Positions 36,273 through 47,853 are shown, counted from the whole stretch's first letter. The stretch: DNA of 63,713 bases, filler included, from Stramenopiles sp. TOSAG23-2 (GCA_900128395.1; 14 parts of 14 records of this genome joined end to end with filler, not necessarily neighbours in it), one strand, 5' to 3'. A program made the numbers and translations. Notes: generated from the letters alone by a model not told the origin.

Positions 36273-37382
36273 ATGAACAATAATAAATATAATACAAACA
36301 TGAAAAATACCAACAATAATAATAATAATAAAACATGTACTATTATTAAAAAATGTAATTATCAACCAAATATGAATTATTTTAATTTTAATGAATATGA
36401 ATGTTGTAGTTGTAATTATCATCAATTATTATTTATCAAACAGCAACAACGACAAAGAAAGCGTGAACAACAACAACAAAAACTTCTTACACGACAATTC
36501 ACACAAGGAAACAACAACAACACTACAAATGTGAAAGATGATGGAAATATAGTTGCTGTAGCAGATGTAGATGTTATTACAGATCAATCACGTCGTAATG
36601 TTATAGCAAGAGGTATGAAACGTTTTGAAGATAAAGGTGCATGCCCACCACAACCTGACATTGAACGTTTATCCCCACGTGTTGTTACTATATTAGGACA
36701 AAACCCAACTACATTTACATTAAATGGTACAAATTGTTATTTAATTGGTACTGGTACATCACGTATATTAGTTGATCCAGGTGAAACTGGTTATGGTACA
36801 AAAGAATTTTTAAACTCATTGCAAAAATGTATTACTGATGAAAAAGTGACAACTATACAATTGATATTATTAACACATATGCATAGTGATCATTATGGGA
36901 ATATAAACCATATACAACGTATATATGGTCCAAATATACCAGTTGCAATCATGCCGCAAGGCATACAACCTGTTACAACGATGGAAAATTTACGTAAACG
37001 TGGTTTAATCCCATATTTAGAAAAAGGACCACAATTTTCACGTGGTATGACAGATGATGAATTTGAAAAAATTGCTAGAAATCAAATGCCGAAATGGCCT
37101 GAACCATATGATGAAATTGGTCCATTAAGCTGGGATGTCATGGGACGTACAAAGATACAAATGCAACGTTCGTTCTTTTTTGTTAAACGTATGGAAGATT
37201 TTCAAAAGAAATTAGGAAATGAATATCCATTAATACCATTATCACATGGTATGGTATTACGTACGGAAGGGGCAACATTGTAAGTATACTAATATATATA
37301 TTTATGTTTCATTCAAGACGTATAAGAATGTAGATAGAAGGATCAGATCAAACGCCTTCACATATGCAAATTTATACGCAAA

Positions 37383-37414
<32 letters not shown>

Positions 37415-38059
37415 CATAACCAACAATGATACAAATACTAACACCATCACCACTTTTCTACATATCAACATAGACGCACCATGCATACACCTGGACATTC
37501 ACCTGGACATGCTGCATTTTACATATTAGAAGATAATGATTTAATAAGTGGTGATACAGTACTTGGTTATGGTACTACTTTTTTCCGTGATTTATATGAT
37601 TATATGCGAAGTTTGCGTACAATGTTAGCAATCAACCCAAGGCGTTTATTACCAGGGCATGGCCCAGTTGTATTAAATGCAACGGATTATGTTAGTAGAT
37701 ATATATCACATCGTAGTGCACGTACGGATCAAGTGGTTGAAGTTCTAGAAACATTTTCAAAACCACATACTGCGATGGAGATATCTTCATATATTTACGA
37801 TGATTTATATGAAAGGCCACCATTAAGGCAACGACAAGCATGTGAAAATGTTAGTAAAATTTTAACATTATTGTACAAAGAACGACGTATTTGTGTATAT
37901 AAACAAGAAGAAACAGATGTAAATGATATCTTTAGTGGTACGGAAAGTAAATTAATTAAAAGTGATTTAGATGATTTCAATGGATATCAAACAATGGGAC
38001 CACATCGTTATGAAGATAGTATTTTATGGATGTTAAATATGAATGTTAATAAGATGTGA
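36273..38059 (+). CDS. LACTB2-like metallo-beta-lactamase-fold hydrolase, two exons (intron 37280-37473)
   Basis: NPTTFTLNGTNCYLIG, THMHSDH, HTPGHS, SGDTVLG, PGHG. GTAAGT donor, TACTAAC branch point at 37436 and TAG acceptor splice in frame. Confidence 0.88.
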
Positions 38060-38556
38060 TATTGCAAATATATATTATGAATATGATTATATATTTATGT
38101 GAGAGAGATGAAAAGAGTTTTGTTACACAAAAGAGGGAGTGCAAAAAATCTTTTTTGACAACAAAAAAGGAATCGACCCTTCAGCGCATTCAGTGTATTT
38201 TACTCTCAGATTAAGAGCTCCCATTATCAAATAGTTATAAGTGTGTATGTACATTTTTTTCTTTTTATAGAGTTTGTAATTTGTAATTTTAAAATATATA
38301 CATTTTTTTTTTTATTAATTTATGCATATACTGTAGTCCTTTTTGTTGATTAAAATTGAATGACTGAAAAAAAATATTATAGTGTTAATAGAAAACATAG
38401 AAAAACATACGTAAAAAAGATACAAATATACAATATAACACATATAACATCCAATGGATTAAATGTGAAGAAATAATCAATCTATACATACATACATGTA
38501 TATGCATATATATATATATATATAACTATCAAAACCCACATAATCTATAAGAAAAT

Positions 38557-40205
38557 ATGTCATCTTCACCAAATGCAACACCAATACCGAATCCATTTTT
38601 CAATAATAATAATAATAATAATGCATTTATTGATAACATTAAATCAGCAATGGATGTAGCTATGCATATCATTTTATCAATTAGACAAACAAAGATTAAT
38701 ATTGCAAATATTCAAACGTCATCTAGCACTACCACCAACGCCACTAACAACAACAACAGCAACGCTATATCTAAAATCAAACGGAATATAGAAAATCTAT
38801 TACGTGCAAACGTAACGTCAGCAATACATTGTTTATTAATAAAACGATATAGTGAATTAAAAAAAATAATGAAAATTTATTAACACAATTAACAACAAGT
38901 GAAAGTAGAGTAAAAGAATTAGAATCAGAAGTTACATTATTAAAGGAATCAACGGAACGTTTAGTCAAAGAACGTGAAACAAGAGTAAATGAACGTGCAG
39001 AAGTTGAAAGTGCATTACAAAAAGTGATTGGTGAAATTAATCAAATTAAACGTGATCATGAAAAAGAAAAAAAATTACGTATGTCTACTGAAAATTCATT
39101 AGAACGTATGAGACAAGAACATGAACGTGTATCGACATTATATGAACAATCACAAAGTCAAATAGCAGAAACAAAAAGTACATTACGTTTGGAAAAGAAT
39201 AAACGTAAAAATGCAGAGGAAACGGCGCGGACTATTATAGAAGGATGTGAACATAAAGTACAATCACAACAACGTGAATTAATATTAACACAAAATAATT
39301 TAAAAGAAGCTAGACAAGAAAGTGAAGAAACTATCTTACAATATGAAGCAATAAATCAAGATTATATCACATTACAAAATGAAATGGAACGTACATCAAT
39401 TGAATTAAGAGATTCACAAGAACGATATCGTCGTATTGAAAAAGAAGCAAATGATATGGCAAGAAGTGGTGAACGTAGATGGAAACAAACCGTTGCTGAA
39501 TTAAAAGCAGAACGTGATTTATTATTACGTGAATCAACATCATTACGTGAAAAACATCCATTATTAGAACAACAAGTACGTAAAATTACATATAATTTAA
39601 ATGAAACAAAATCAAAATTAAATGAAAGTCAAGTGATTTCCTCACAACGCCAAGACACAAATAGACAATTACGTGAAGAAATTATTAAATTGCAACAATC
39701 ATTGAAAAAAGCAATTGTAACTGCGGAAGAATCGAGTTCCAAACGACAAAAATTTGAAGATGGTTATCGTGTGAAAGTCATTGAAAGTAGAAATATGGAA
39801 GAAAAATTACGTTTAGTTACATTGCAAAATGTTAGTACAAATAGTGCATTGAAATCCACACAAGATATGTTAACAAGTTTACAAAAAGAAGTTGATTTAG
39901 TACGTAGTGAAATGTTACATTGGAGGGAACAAGCTATGAAAAGTAAAGATGATGCAAGGAAAGAATCGCAAAAAATCAAACAAGTCAATAATAAATTAAT
40001 GTTAGAATTAGATGAAATTAGAAGTAATTTCCATCAATTTTTAAATTTATCAAAAAGTGTTGGTAAAGGTAATGATAATATGTTAAGTTTAATGTCGTCG
40101 TCGTCAAGTAATATTGGTGGTAATATTGGTTTAAATTTAGATGAATATGATGGTGGTGAGGATGATGGTGGTGATATTGAATATAGTAGTCCATTTCCAA
40201 AGTAG
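38557..40205 (+). CDS. Coiled-coil protein, with a probable homopolymer frameshift near 38860
   Basis: Heptad-rich E/K/R/Q sequence; two ORFs meet at a poly-A run. Confidence 0.65.
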
Positions 40206-40567
40206 TAGCGCTTGTTGTAGTGTTGTAGTGTGTGTGTGTGTGTTATGGTATGGGTGAGTGTGTGTATGTTGTATGTGAGAAGAAAGATTGGCACAAGAGG
40301 GTATAAGAATATAGAAGGTCGTGGATTTTAAGATGGCATAGATTGATATGGGGAAATGTAGTGTCAATATGGACATAATTACACACCATTTTTACGACTG
40401 CACAACGTACGTTACACATTACACACCATATATATATATATATTATTATATGATGGTTAAAAAATCTAAGTATATTTAAAATATTACTCGTAATATATAC
40501 GTAATTAAAATGCATAACTTATTTTTTAATTTACTCATGATAATTCCTACTCTCCAGAAAGAATATG

Positions 40568-40769
40568 ATACAATAACTGAGACAAATCTATCTCACTAAA
40601 CTGTTCCCATTATAATATGATATGATATCATATCATATCATTTTTAATATATAATATACGAACGTATAATATTGACACACTCTGTGGATTTCAATGAACT
40701 CTATCGCAATGTTACGATTTATTGTCCATCTTTCAGTTTAGTGAGATAGATTTGTCTCAGTTATTGTAT
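40568..40769. repeat. Perfect 36-bp inverted repeat pair (MITE-like or fold-back)
   Basis: 40568-40603 is the reverse complement of 40734-40769. Confidence 0.85.
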
Positions 40770-40874
40770 TCTTANNNNNNNNNNNNNNNNNNNNNNNNNN
40801 NNNNNNNNNNNNNNNNNNTTAATTAATTAANNNNNNNNNNNNNNNNNNNNNNNNNNNNNNNNNNNNNNNNNNNN

Positions 40875-41204
40875 ATATTTCTCTGGTTTTAATTCTTCAC
40901 TGTGAACATTATTTTTCAATACAACAATTTTTGGACTTTTTTCCTTCAGTTTAATGAAGTAATCAAAATGCTTTGATTTACGGGAGATAGAAGTTAATTT
41001 ATAAAACACATCTTCCTCATATTCTTTAATGGTTGATATATAATCAGGTTGAATCTTGTTGGGCAACACTTCCGTTCTTTTCTTCTTCTTATAATAGTAA
41101 CAAGTTGTTATACCATAATCATTGTCTTCTGTCTCAAAACAATGTTTTCTTATCAAATGACCAGGTATAAAGTATTCTTTTCCTTCATAAAAAAAAATGG
41201 ACAT
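40875..41204 (-). CDS. Viral hypothetical protein, truncated
   Basis: K/Y-rich ORF running into the gap. Confidence 0.55.
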
Positions 41205-41293
41205 ATATATTAGCTAAATATTATAAAGTTGTTAGTAGGCGGAATTTAGGATATAACAAATAAATTTAAAGAACCACAACCATTTTTATATAT

Positions 41294-41791
41294 ATGAGTC
41301 AGGCAGCAACAGAAGTATTTAATAATTCAGACTTAGCTAAGTTAATATATACATATGATTCTACCTATAAAGAGATTTTTTTGAATGTTTTACAGGAGTT
41401 TGAAGATATAACCGGGGATATAATTTGTAAATACAAATATAGGTATTACCCATCAGATGATTCTGATAATGAATATGTATATAGGGATATATACCCATCA
41501 GATGATAATTCTGATGATGATGAAGAAGAGGATGAAGATGATGTTTCTCCGCATTTTATGGTAGAAATAGATAGTGAAGATGATGAAGAAGATTTTATAA
41601 TAAAAAATATCTATAATTGTAAAGACTTCTTTCATCTTTTTCAATTATGCCCTAGTCTTATTTCATATTATAGTTGTGAAGATTATTATGAAGAAAAACA
41701 TGATAAATATTATGAAAGAAAACACGAACTTGATAACTCAATAAGAGAATGGAGGGAAGAGTTATGGGAAGAGTTTAATAATGAATTCTAA
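41294..41791 (+). CDS. Acidic viral hypothetical protein
   Basis: 165-aa D/E-rich ORF inside the element; N-terminal LIYTYDSTYKEIF. Confidence 0.6.
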   Translation: MSQAATEVFNNSDLAKLIYTYDSTYKEIFLNVLQEFEDITGDIICKYKYRYYPSDDSDNEYVYRDIYPSDDNSDDDEEEDEDDVSPHFMVEIDSEDDEEDFIIKNIYNCKDFFHLFQLCPSLISYYSCEDYYEEKHDKYYERKHELDNSIREWREELWEEFNNEF

Positions 41792-41837
41792 TGTAGTCTA
41801 AATTATCTGTTTTGCCTATCATAACACCACATAATAT

Positions 41838-42108
41838 TGATTTTCCAAAACATCAAAACTACCTGTTGCGTGAGCCTGTGATTTTTCAAAACATCAAAAC
41901 TACCTGCTGCGTGAACCTGTGATTTTCCTAAAAATCAAAACTACCTGCTGTGTGAACCTGTGATTTTCCAAAACATCAAAACTACCTGTTGCATGAGCCT
42001 GTGATTTTCCAAAAAATCAAAACTACCTGCTGTGTAGACCTGTGATTTTCCAAAACCATCAAAACTACCTGTTGTGTAGACCTGTGATTTTCCAAAAAAT
42101 CAAAACTA
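41838..42108. repeat. 41-bp tandem repeat, about 6.6 copies, with an internal TGATTTT..AAAATCA dyad
   Basis: Units start at 41838, 41879, 41920, 41961, 42002, 42043 and 42085. Confidence 0.92.
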
Positions 42109-42205
42109 ATAGTATTGATTTTTTACCAAATCAAAAGAAGAATCTTAAAATATCTTTTGTGATTTAGCTAAAAAATCAATAATATAATATTACAATAATA
42201 TAATA

Positions 42206-43015
42206 ATGACTGACCTAAATATATACCAAGTGATGCCAGAAGAAGATGAGCACAATGTTAAAAGAGAACTTCATGAACATTTGCCAAATGTTTATAAAGC
42301 AGAGGCACTTCTTCTTGTATCTCCCCTAAGAGGAGGAAAAACTTCTTTAATATGTAATTTATTGGAAAGAGAAGAATTCTATAAGGACTTGTTTAATAAT
42401 TTAGATATTATTTCACCCATGGTTGGACAGGACAGTTCCTGGCGATTTTTATACCAAAAATACAAGAATGCTTGCCACTTACAATATGACGATTCAGTTA
42501 TACAACATATTATGGATAGACAGCAAGGGTTAATGGAAAATGATGAAGATACTAGCTATTGTGTTGTGTGCAATGATATTCTTGGACAAATTCCAGCCTC
42601 ATGCACTAGAAAAGGAAACCTGTTAACATATTGGTTATGCTGATTTAGGCACTATGTGAAGAAGCCTGACCCATGTTTATTTATTTTAAGCACACAAAAG
42701 TTTAGAGAAGTGAATGCGACACTCTGTGCCAATTCAACTGGTGTATTTATTAGCAGTAATATCCGAAACCAAAAGGAGATAGAAGTGTTAGCAGAGGAAT
42801 ATGCTGATACAATGGGCGGAAAAGAAGTATTTTACAAAATGTTAAATTATGTAAGAAAAGAAAAATACCAGTGGCTCTATCTTCAATTGACTACAGGCAA
42901 AGCATTTAAAAATTTTACGGAAATGCTATACAATGGTGATAAACTGTTGATTGGTAAAGGAGAAAAGGGAGATTTAGAAGAAGAAGAAGAAGAGATTTCA
43001 TCAGATGAAGATTAA
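42206..43015 (+). pseudogene. A32/FtsK-HerA-type DNA packaging ATPase with an in-frame TGA at 42641
   Basis: Walker A SPLRGGKT; degenerate Walker B CVVCND; *FRHY Arg motif; LSTQ motif. The two track ORFs are in the same frame. Confidence 0.85.
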
Positions 43016-43046
43016 CAGTTATTATTTTCTTGTTGAATTATATATT

Positions 43047-43649
43047 ATGTTTTCCACTTATGGTATTGAAAATTACGGAGCAGCAGATTTCAACGGCTTT
43101 AGAAACGATGTTATGGACAGGCACCAAGGTTATTTAAACAAAGAAAGTGCTTTACACCAGATAAATGTTTTAGCAAAAAGTAACAAGTTAGCTGCTGCAA
43201 GACAACAGTTTGCTCAAGGAACAGCACTTGTAAACAGAGGAGTAGAAATTGCTTCTACCGTTCCAACAACAGCACTGGTAGCACAAAAAATAGCAAATAG
43301 AGTTTCTACATTTGCGAAAACATCATCCACTCTTGCAAATGAAACGGGTGAAGCAACTGAAGGAATAGAATTACAAGATGTTGGGGATACGGCAGCAGTA
43401 AATACAACAGAAGATATAACCGAAGGTGTTGTTACAGATGTTGTAGCAGACTCAGCTTTAGGTGTTGTGGGGCTGTTAGCAGGTGCTGTCCAATTAGGCT
43501 TTGGGCTGTATGACTTATTTGAAGGCGATGCCAAGGAAGAAAAAGGCAAAAGTGATGAGACAGCTGCCAAAGCAACAAATATCCAGCCACCAAGACAGCA
43601 AATGAATTATGCAGAGTCATATGTAGCTCCAGTCAGTAGTGTAGTTTAG
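43047..43649 (+). CDS. Ala/Gly/Thr-rich viral protein with a hydrophobic helix (candidate virion or membrane-active protein)
   Basis: SALGVVGLLAGAVQLGFGLYDLF; sits between the ATPase and capsid genes. Confidence 0.6.
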   Translation: MFSTYGIENYGAADFNGFRNDVMDRHQGYLNKESALHQINVLAKSNKLAAARQQFAQGTALVNRGVEIASTVPTTALVAQKIANRVSTFAKTSSTLANETGEATEGIELQDVGDTAAVNTTEDITEGVVTDVVADSALGVVGLLAGAVQLGFGLYDLFEGDAKEEKGKSDETAAKATNIQPPRQQMNYAESYVAPVSSVV

Positions 43650-43688
43650 AAGAAATGGATTAATTTTTTATATAATATTATATATAAA

Positions 43689-45176
43689 ATGAATCAGAAT
43701 GTTCAAACACAAAGTGTGTCTTTAAAAACACAAAGGCAAATAGATTTTGTGGCAGAAAATATAGCTGTTATATCCATCCCACCAGCGGAAGTGCCAATGT
43801 TGTATGGTAAGCAGACGTATCTCAGATTTAATATCTTGATGGATGGTAATTGTAAAGGAATGCCTGATGATGCTGCTGCTGCTGCGAGTCTTATAGAAAG
43901 AATAGAGGTCTGGACTTTAGATAATCAGGCTATGCTGGAAAATATTATTGATTACAACAACTTATCAGTGACAAGAAACTTTTATGAAAATAATGATGCT
44001 ATGACAAATTTAGATGGAATTATTGAAGGTTACTCACCAAATGATTCACTTTCAAGCATATATTTTGATATGCCTTCTAGTGCTAGTCAATTAGGTTCTA
44101 CATTATTTAGGCAAGTAGAGGTATGTTTACCATTAAGATTATCTAGTGTATTTTATAAAAAAGTATTTCCTGTGTTAGCAGTTAGTGGAATTCAATTAAA
44201 GGTTCATTTTGCGCAAAACAATAAATCATTAAGAGCTTATACCGCAACAGGATTTAGCGCAGCTACTGGTTTTGAATTGAAAGTAGCATTACCAGAGTCA
44301 CCGCAAACTCAGTTGGTGTTGAAAAATACAGGAGCGGAGGCTGCTACATTAGCTAATTGCCCATTTGTGGTGGATACAAGCAAACTGCATACTATTCAAT
44401 ATGTAGATAATAATGGAGGCACAAAAAATGCGGGAACGTTGGATGGTATGTCTTTAGATGCTTCAGGTTGTATTGTGTTATCTTCATCTAGTTTTACACC
44501 TGATATTAGTGCCAATGCTGGAAACAAAGTGTTTTTATCAACTAGTAATTTAGATTTAAGTTACAAGGTGAAACATTGTGAATTAATTGCGTGTGTAGTT
44601 GAACCAGCTAAGGGATACCTACAATCAATGAATAAAAAGCTTAAAGAAGATGGTGCCATTACAATGGATATTTATTCTTGGAACAATTATAAAAACAATG
44701 TTAGTTTGAATGAAATGACAACTCAGCAATTAGTCCCCTGTCAGGAGGAACGAGCGTGCTCTTTAGTAAATAACCTATATAATCCCCAATATAGCTTTAC
44801 AACCAATGACTTGAAGCCAATCATTGATGGCTTACAACATTATCAAATGAATATTCACAATCAACTCATTCCGAACCGAGTGGTTGATACTAGTAGATTT
44901 TCAACTACCGGATTGGGATTCAATGCGATAAGTATTAGTGAAACCACCAAAACATTAAGCAGATGCTTCCCTGTAAGAAAAGAGAACGAAAATGGAAAAC
45001 ACTTTACATTTGGACGCGAAGTTAGTAAAGAAGGATATAGTTCAAATCTTAGGGATACAGACGTCCGCGTGAATATGTTTTTTAATTCTCCAGCAGTGAA
45101 CAAACTATTATATTCCAACGTATATCATTTAAGAAGAATCAAAGTAACTGATAATGGCATTACTGTTACTTTTTAG
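43689..45176 (+). CDS. Double-jelly-roll capsid-like protein 1 (PLV type)
   Basis: TYLRFNI...ASLIERIEV...LENIIDYN; VCLPL; FPVLAVSGIQLKV; YQMNIHNQLIP; beta-rich C-terminus; 495 aa. Confidence 0.75.
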   Translation: MNQNVQTQSVSLKTQRQIDFVAENIAVISIPPAEVPMLYGKQTYLRFNILMDGNCKGMPDDAAAAASLIERIEVWTLDNQAMLENIIDYNNLSVTRNFYENNDAMTNLDGIIEGYSPNDSLSSIYFDMPSSASQLGSTLFRQVEVCLPLRLSSVFYKKVFPVLAVSGIQLKVHFAQNNKSLRAYTATGFSAATGFELKVALPESPQTQLVLKNTGAEAATLANCPFVVDTSKLHTIQYVDNNGGTKNAGTLDGMSLDASGCIVLSSSSFTPDISANAGNKVFLSTSNLDLSYKVKHCELIACVVEPAKGYLQSMNKKLKEDGAITMDIYSWNNYKNNVSLNEMTTQQLVPCQEERACSLVNNLYNPQYSFTTNDLKPIIDGLQHYQMNIHNQLIPNRVVDTSRFSTTGLGFNAISISETTKTLSRCFPVRKENENGKHFTFGREVSKEGYSSNLRDTDVRVNMFFNSPAVNKLLYSNVYHLRRIKVTDNGITVTF

Positions 45177-45215
45177 TTTATTTTAGAAATATTTTTTTAT
45201 CTGTATCTAAAATAA

Positions 45216-45864
45216 ATGAATTCAGTTCAGCAATTTGAAATAGCACCAATTCAATGTCCAATCCAAGGAGTATACAGTAAAAAAAATGGCTCTGGTATTT
45301 TAACATTTTCAATTGGAGCTACAGAACAATGGTTACTCCCACATAGTTGCCATCTACAAATGAAGATACGAGTCCTCCAAGGTGACGGAAATAGACCAAA
45401 TAATAACTCACAAGCAGGTGGTGTAGCAAAAAATGTGACATTAGATTCTAGAACTGGTGGGATAGGTGTAATTGATTCTGTTATGGTAAATACAAAACGC
45501 GGACGAACATTGGAACACGGAAGAAACTACACGCGTATGTCAGGGACAATTTTACCCAATACAAAAAGTTGGGAGGATTATACCACATATATGAGTAATG
45601 TATATGGAAGTGTAGCAAATTCATTTGCCGAAGATAGAATGACTAATAGAGACATACTTGTATCTCAACCGCTTCTTTTAGGAACATTTAGTGGTGAACC
45701 TATCCCCCTTGGAATGAAAAATGGTGTAGGTGGGTTAGATATAATGATTTATTTACAAAATAATCCTAGTGCTATTTTTGGAGCAAACGCATCTGAATCT
45801 GGTGGGGCTTACTATGAAATACTGGAATGCTCTCTAACAGGTAAATATATGAATCCTGCTAGTG
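45216..45864 (+). CDS. Capsid-like protein 2 (putative paralog), truncated by the gap
   Basis: LTFSI...GVIDSVMV...LEHGRNY; PLLLG; IPL..GVGGLDIMIYL follow the same motif order as protein 1. Confidence 0.72.
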
Positions 45865-46069
45865 NNNNNNNNNNNNNNNNNNNNNNNNNNNNNNNNNNNN
45901 NNNNNNNNTTAATTAATTAANNNNNNNNNNNNNNNNNNNNNNNNNNNNNNNNNNNNNNNNNNNNTGTATACATTATTAATAACACACAATATATATTATA
46001 TACCATATAGAAAGTAGTACATACAGATAAAGAATATTATTACTAAATAAAAAAAAAGAAATTTTAAGC

Positions 46070-47146
46070 ATGTCATCTTTATCCACAAATGATATAGATT
46101 TTGAAGACGAAGACGAAGATTATGAAGAGTTAGATCCATCGTTACAAAATATTGTTGATATGAAAACATTAAAATGGATTTTTGTTGGTGGTAAAGGTGG
46201 TGTTGGTAAAACGACGACATCGTCTTGCTTAGCAGTGACATTATCAAAACATGGTGAAAAAGTATTAATAGTATCGACTGATCCAGCGCATAATGTTAGT
46301 GATGCATTTTCACAAAAATTTAGCAGTGAACCAACACTTGTTAATGGTTTTGATAATTTATTTGCAATGGAAATCGATCCAAAACTACCGCAAGAAGCTT
46401 TGTTTGGAGGAAATGGCGCTGGTGTAGAAGGATTGGATGATGGTGGTAGTGGTGGACTAGGCAGCTTAATGAAAGATTTAACCGCAGCTGTTCCTGGTAT
46501 TGATGAAGCTATGAGTTTTGCAGAGTTAATGAAACAAGTGCAAACAATGGATTATGACGTAATTATCTTTGATACGGCACCAACTGGCCATACATTACGT
46601 TTATTGAGTTTTCCAACTGTCATGGAAGGTGCATTTAGTAAAATCATGGCATTGAAAGATCGTTTTTCTGGAATGTTTGGTCAAATTGCAGGTATGTTTG
46701 GTGGTGGTGCAAATATGCCATCACAAGAAATGATGATGGAAAAATTGGAAGCGACAAGAGCTGTTATTGAGAAAGTAAATATACAATTTCAAGATCCATT
46801 ACGTACGACATTTGTATGTGTATGTATACCTGAATTTTTATCTGTATATGAAACGGAACGTTTAGTCCAGGAATTAGCAAAATTTGGTATCGATGTACAT
46901 AATATCGTTGTAAATCAAGTGTTAATACCACCGCAAACATGGAAACCAACTGAAAACCAATGGGCAGATAAAAAAGTCGCTGCAAGGCAACGTATGCAAA
47001 ATAAATACCTGGAACAAATTTTCGATTTATATGAAGATTTTCATATCATAACCATGCCATTGCTTGATAATGAAGTTAGAGGTGTCGATCGTTTAAAACA
47101 TTTTTCACAATATTTATTAGATCCATATGTACCAGAGGAGAAGTAA
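46070..47146 (+). CDS. GET3: Tail-anchored protein targeting ATPase (ASNA1/TRC40)
   Basis: [42 protein letters not shown]. Confidence 0.95.
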   Translation: MSSLSTNDIDFEDEDEDYEELDPSLQNIVDMKTLKWIFVGGKGGVGKTTTSSCLAVTLSKHGEKVLIVSTDPAHNVSDAFSQKFSSEPTLVNGFDNLFAMEIDPKLPQEALFGGNGAGVEGLDDGGSGGLGSLMKDLTAAVPGIDEAMSFAELMKQVQTMDYDVIIFDTAPTGHTLRLLSFPTVMEGAFSKIMALKDRFSGMFGQIAGMFGGGANMPSQEMMMEKLEATRAVIEKVNIQFQDPLRTTFVCVCIPEFLSVYETERLVQELAKFGIDVHNIVVNQVLIPPQTWKPTENQWADKKVAARQRMQNKYLEQIFDLYEDFHIITMPLLDNEVRGVDRLKHFSQYLLDPYVPEEK

Positions 47147-47853
47147 AATGAAGAAGATGGGGAAGGGGGGGGGGAAGAGAAGGATAAAGTATGTTTTTGG
47201 TAGCACAGGAACATAAAATGACACAGAGAGTATATGAAAAAAAAGTATTGGGTATAAGAAGAAGAAGAAGAAGAAGAACTACAGTGCTATATAAAAGCCT
47301 ATATATATTATAAAATATATATAAAAATGAGTTTTATCCTCATACAATTGGTTTTGCCACTGGTTTGCAATCTATACTCAAAAGCTGGCAAGATAAAAAC
47401 TGGACATTTTACATAATTTGAGTTCCCTTAATCTGTGGTTAAAACCTTAAACTAAACCTGTGGCAAAACCAGGCAAACTCTACTAAAAAAAAATGGATTT
47501 TGCGATTTTGCGTCGCGTCCTAGATTAGGTTCAAGAACCAAACCAAAATAACACTACACAGCATTAGCAAATCGACTGGAAAAACACAAACTTTTTTTTC
47601 TTCTCTTTTTTCTCCTCCAACTTGAAGATTATAAAAGATATAAAAATAGATATTTGTGTGTAAAATTATTATGCTCACCTCTCGGTATATATAAATTTAT
47701 AATTTATAACAAACACGTTTTGTATATTCACATATATAGACTATCATCTCTCTCTTTTATATAAAATTCATAGCTATACATTGCATAAGATTTGCAGTTG
47801 AAATTAATAAGAAGAAATATATATATATATACCCTATACATATACGCCACAAC

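Larger units (their letters stand above)
40875..45864 (+). mobile_element. Polinton-like virus / virophage-like element (partial): morphogenesis module
   Basis: Compact, intronless, co-oriented ATPase, hydrophobic protein and two capsid-like genes; Arg mostly AGA, unlike CGT-rich host genes; AT-rich runs directly before ATGs. Confidence 0.82.

Noticed and set aside
41838-42108. Possible CRISPR array
   Set aside because: The inter-dyad segments are near-identical rather than unique spacers, and no cas genes are present
42641-42643. TGA recoding (alternative code or selenocysteine)
   Set aside because: Host genes such as CDC73 and NECAP end in TGA. The position fits Arg, and other ATPase motifs are also damaged, so a nonsense mutation is simpler; readthrough is not strictly excluded.
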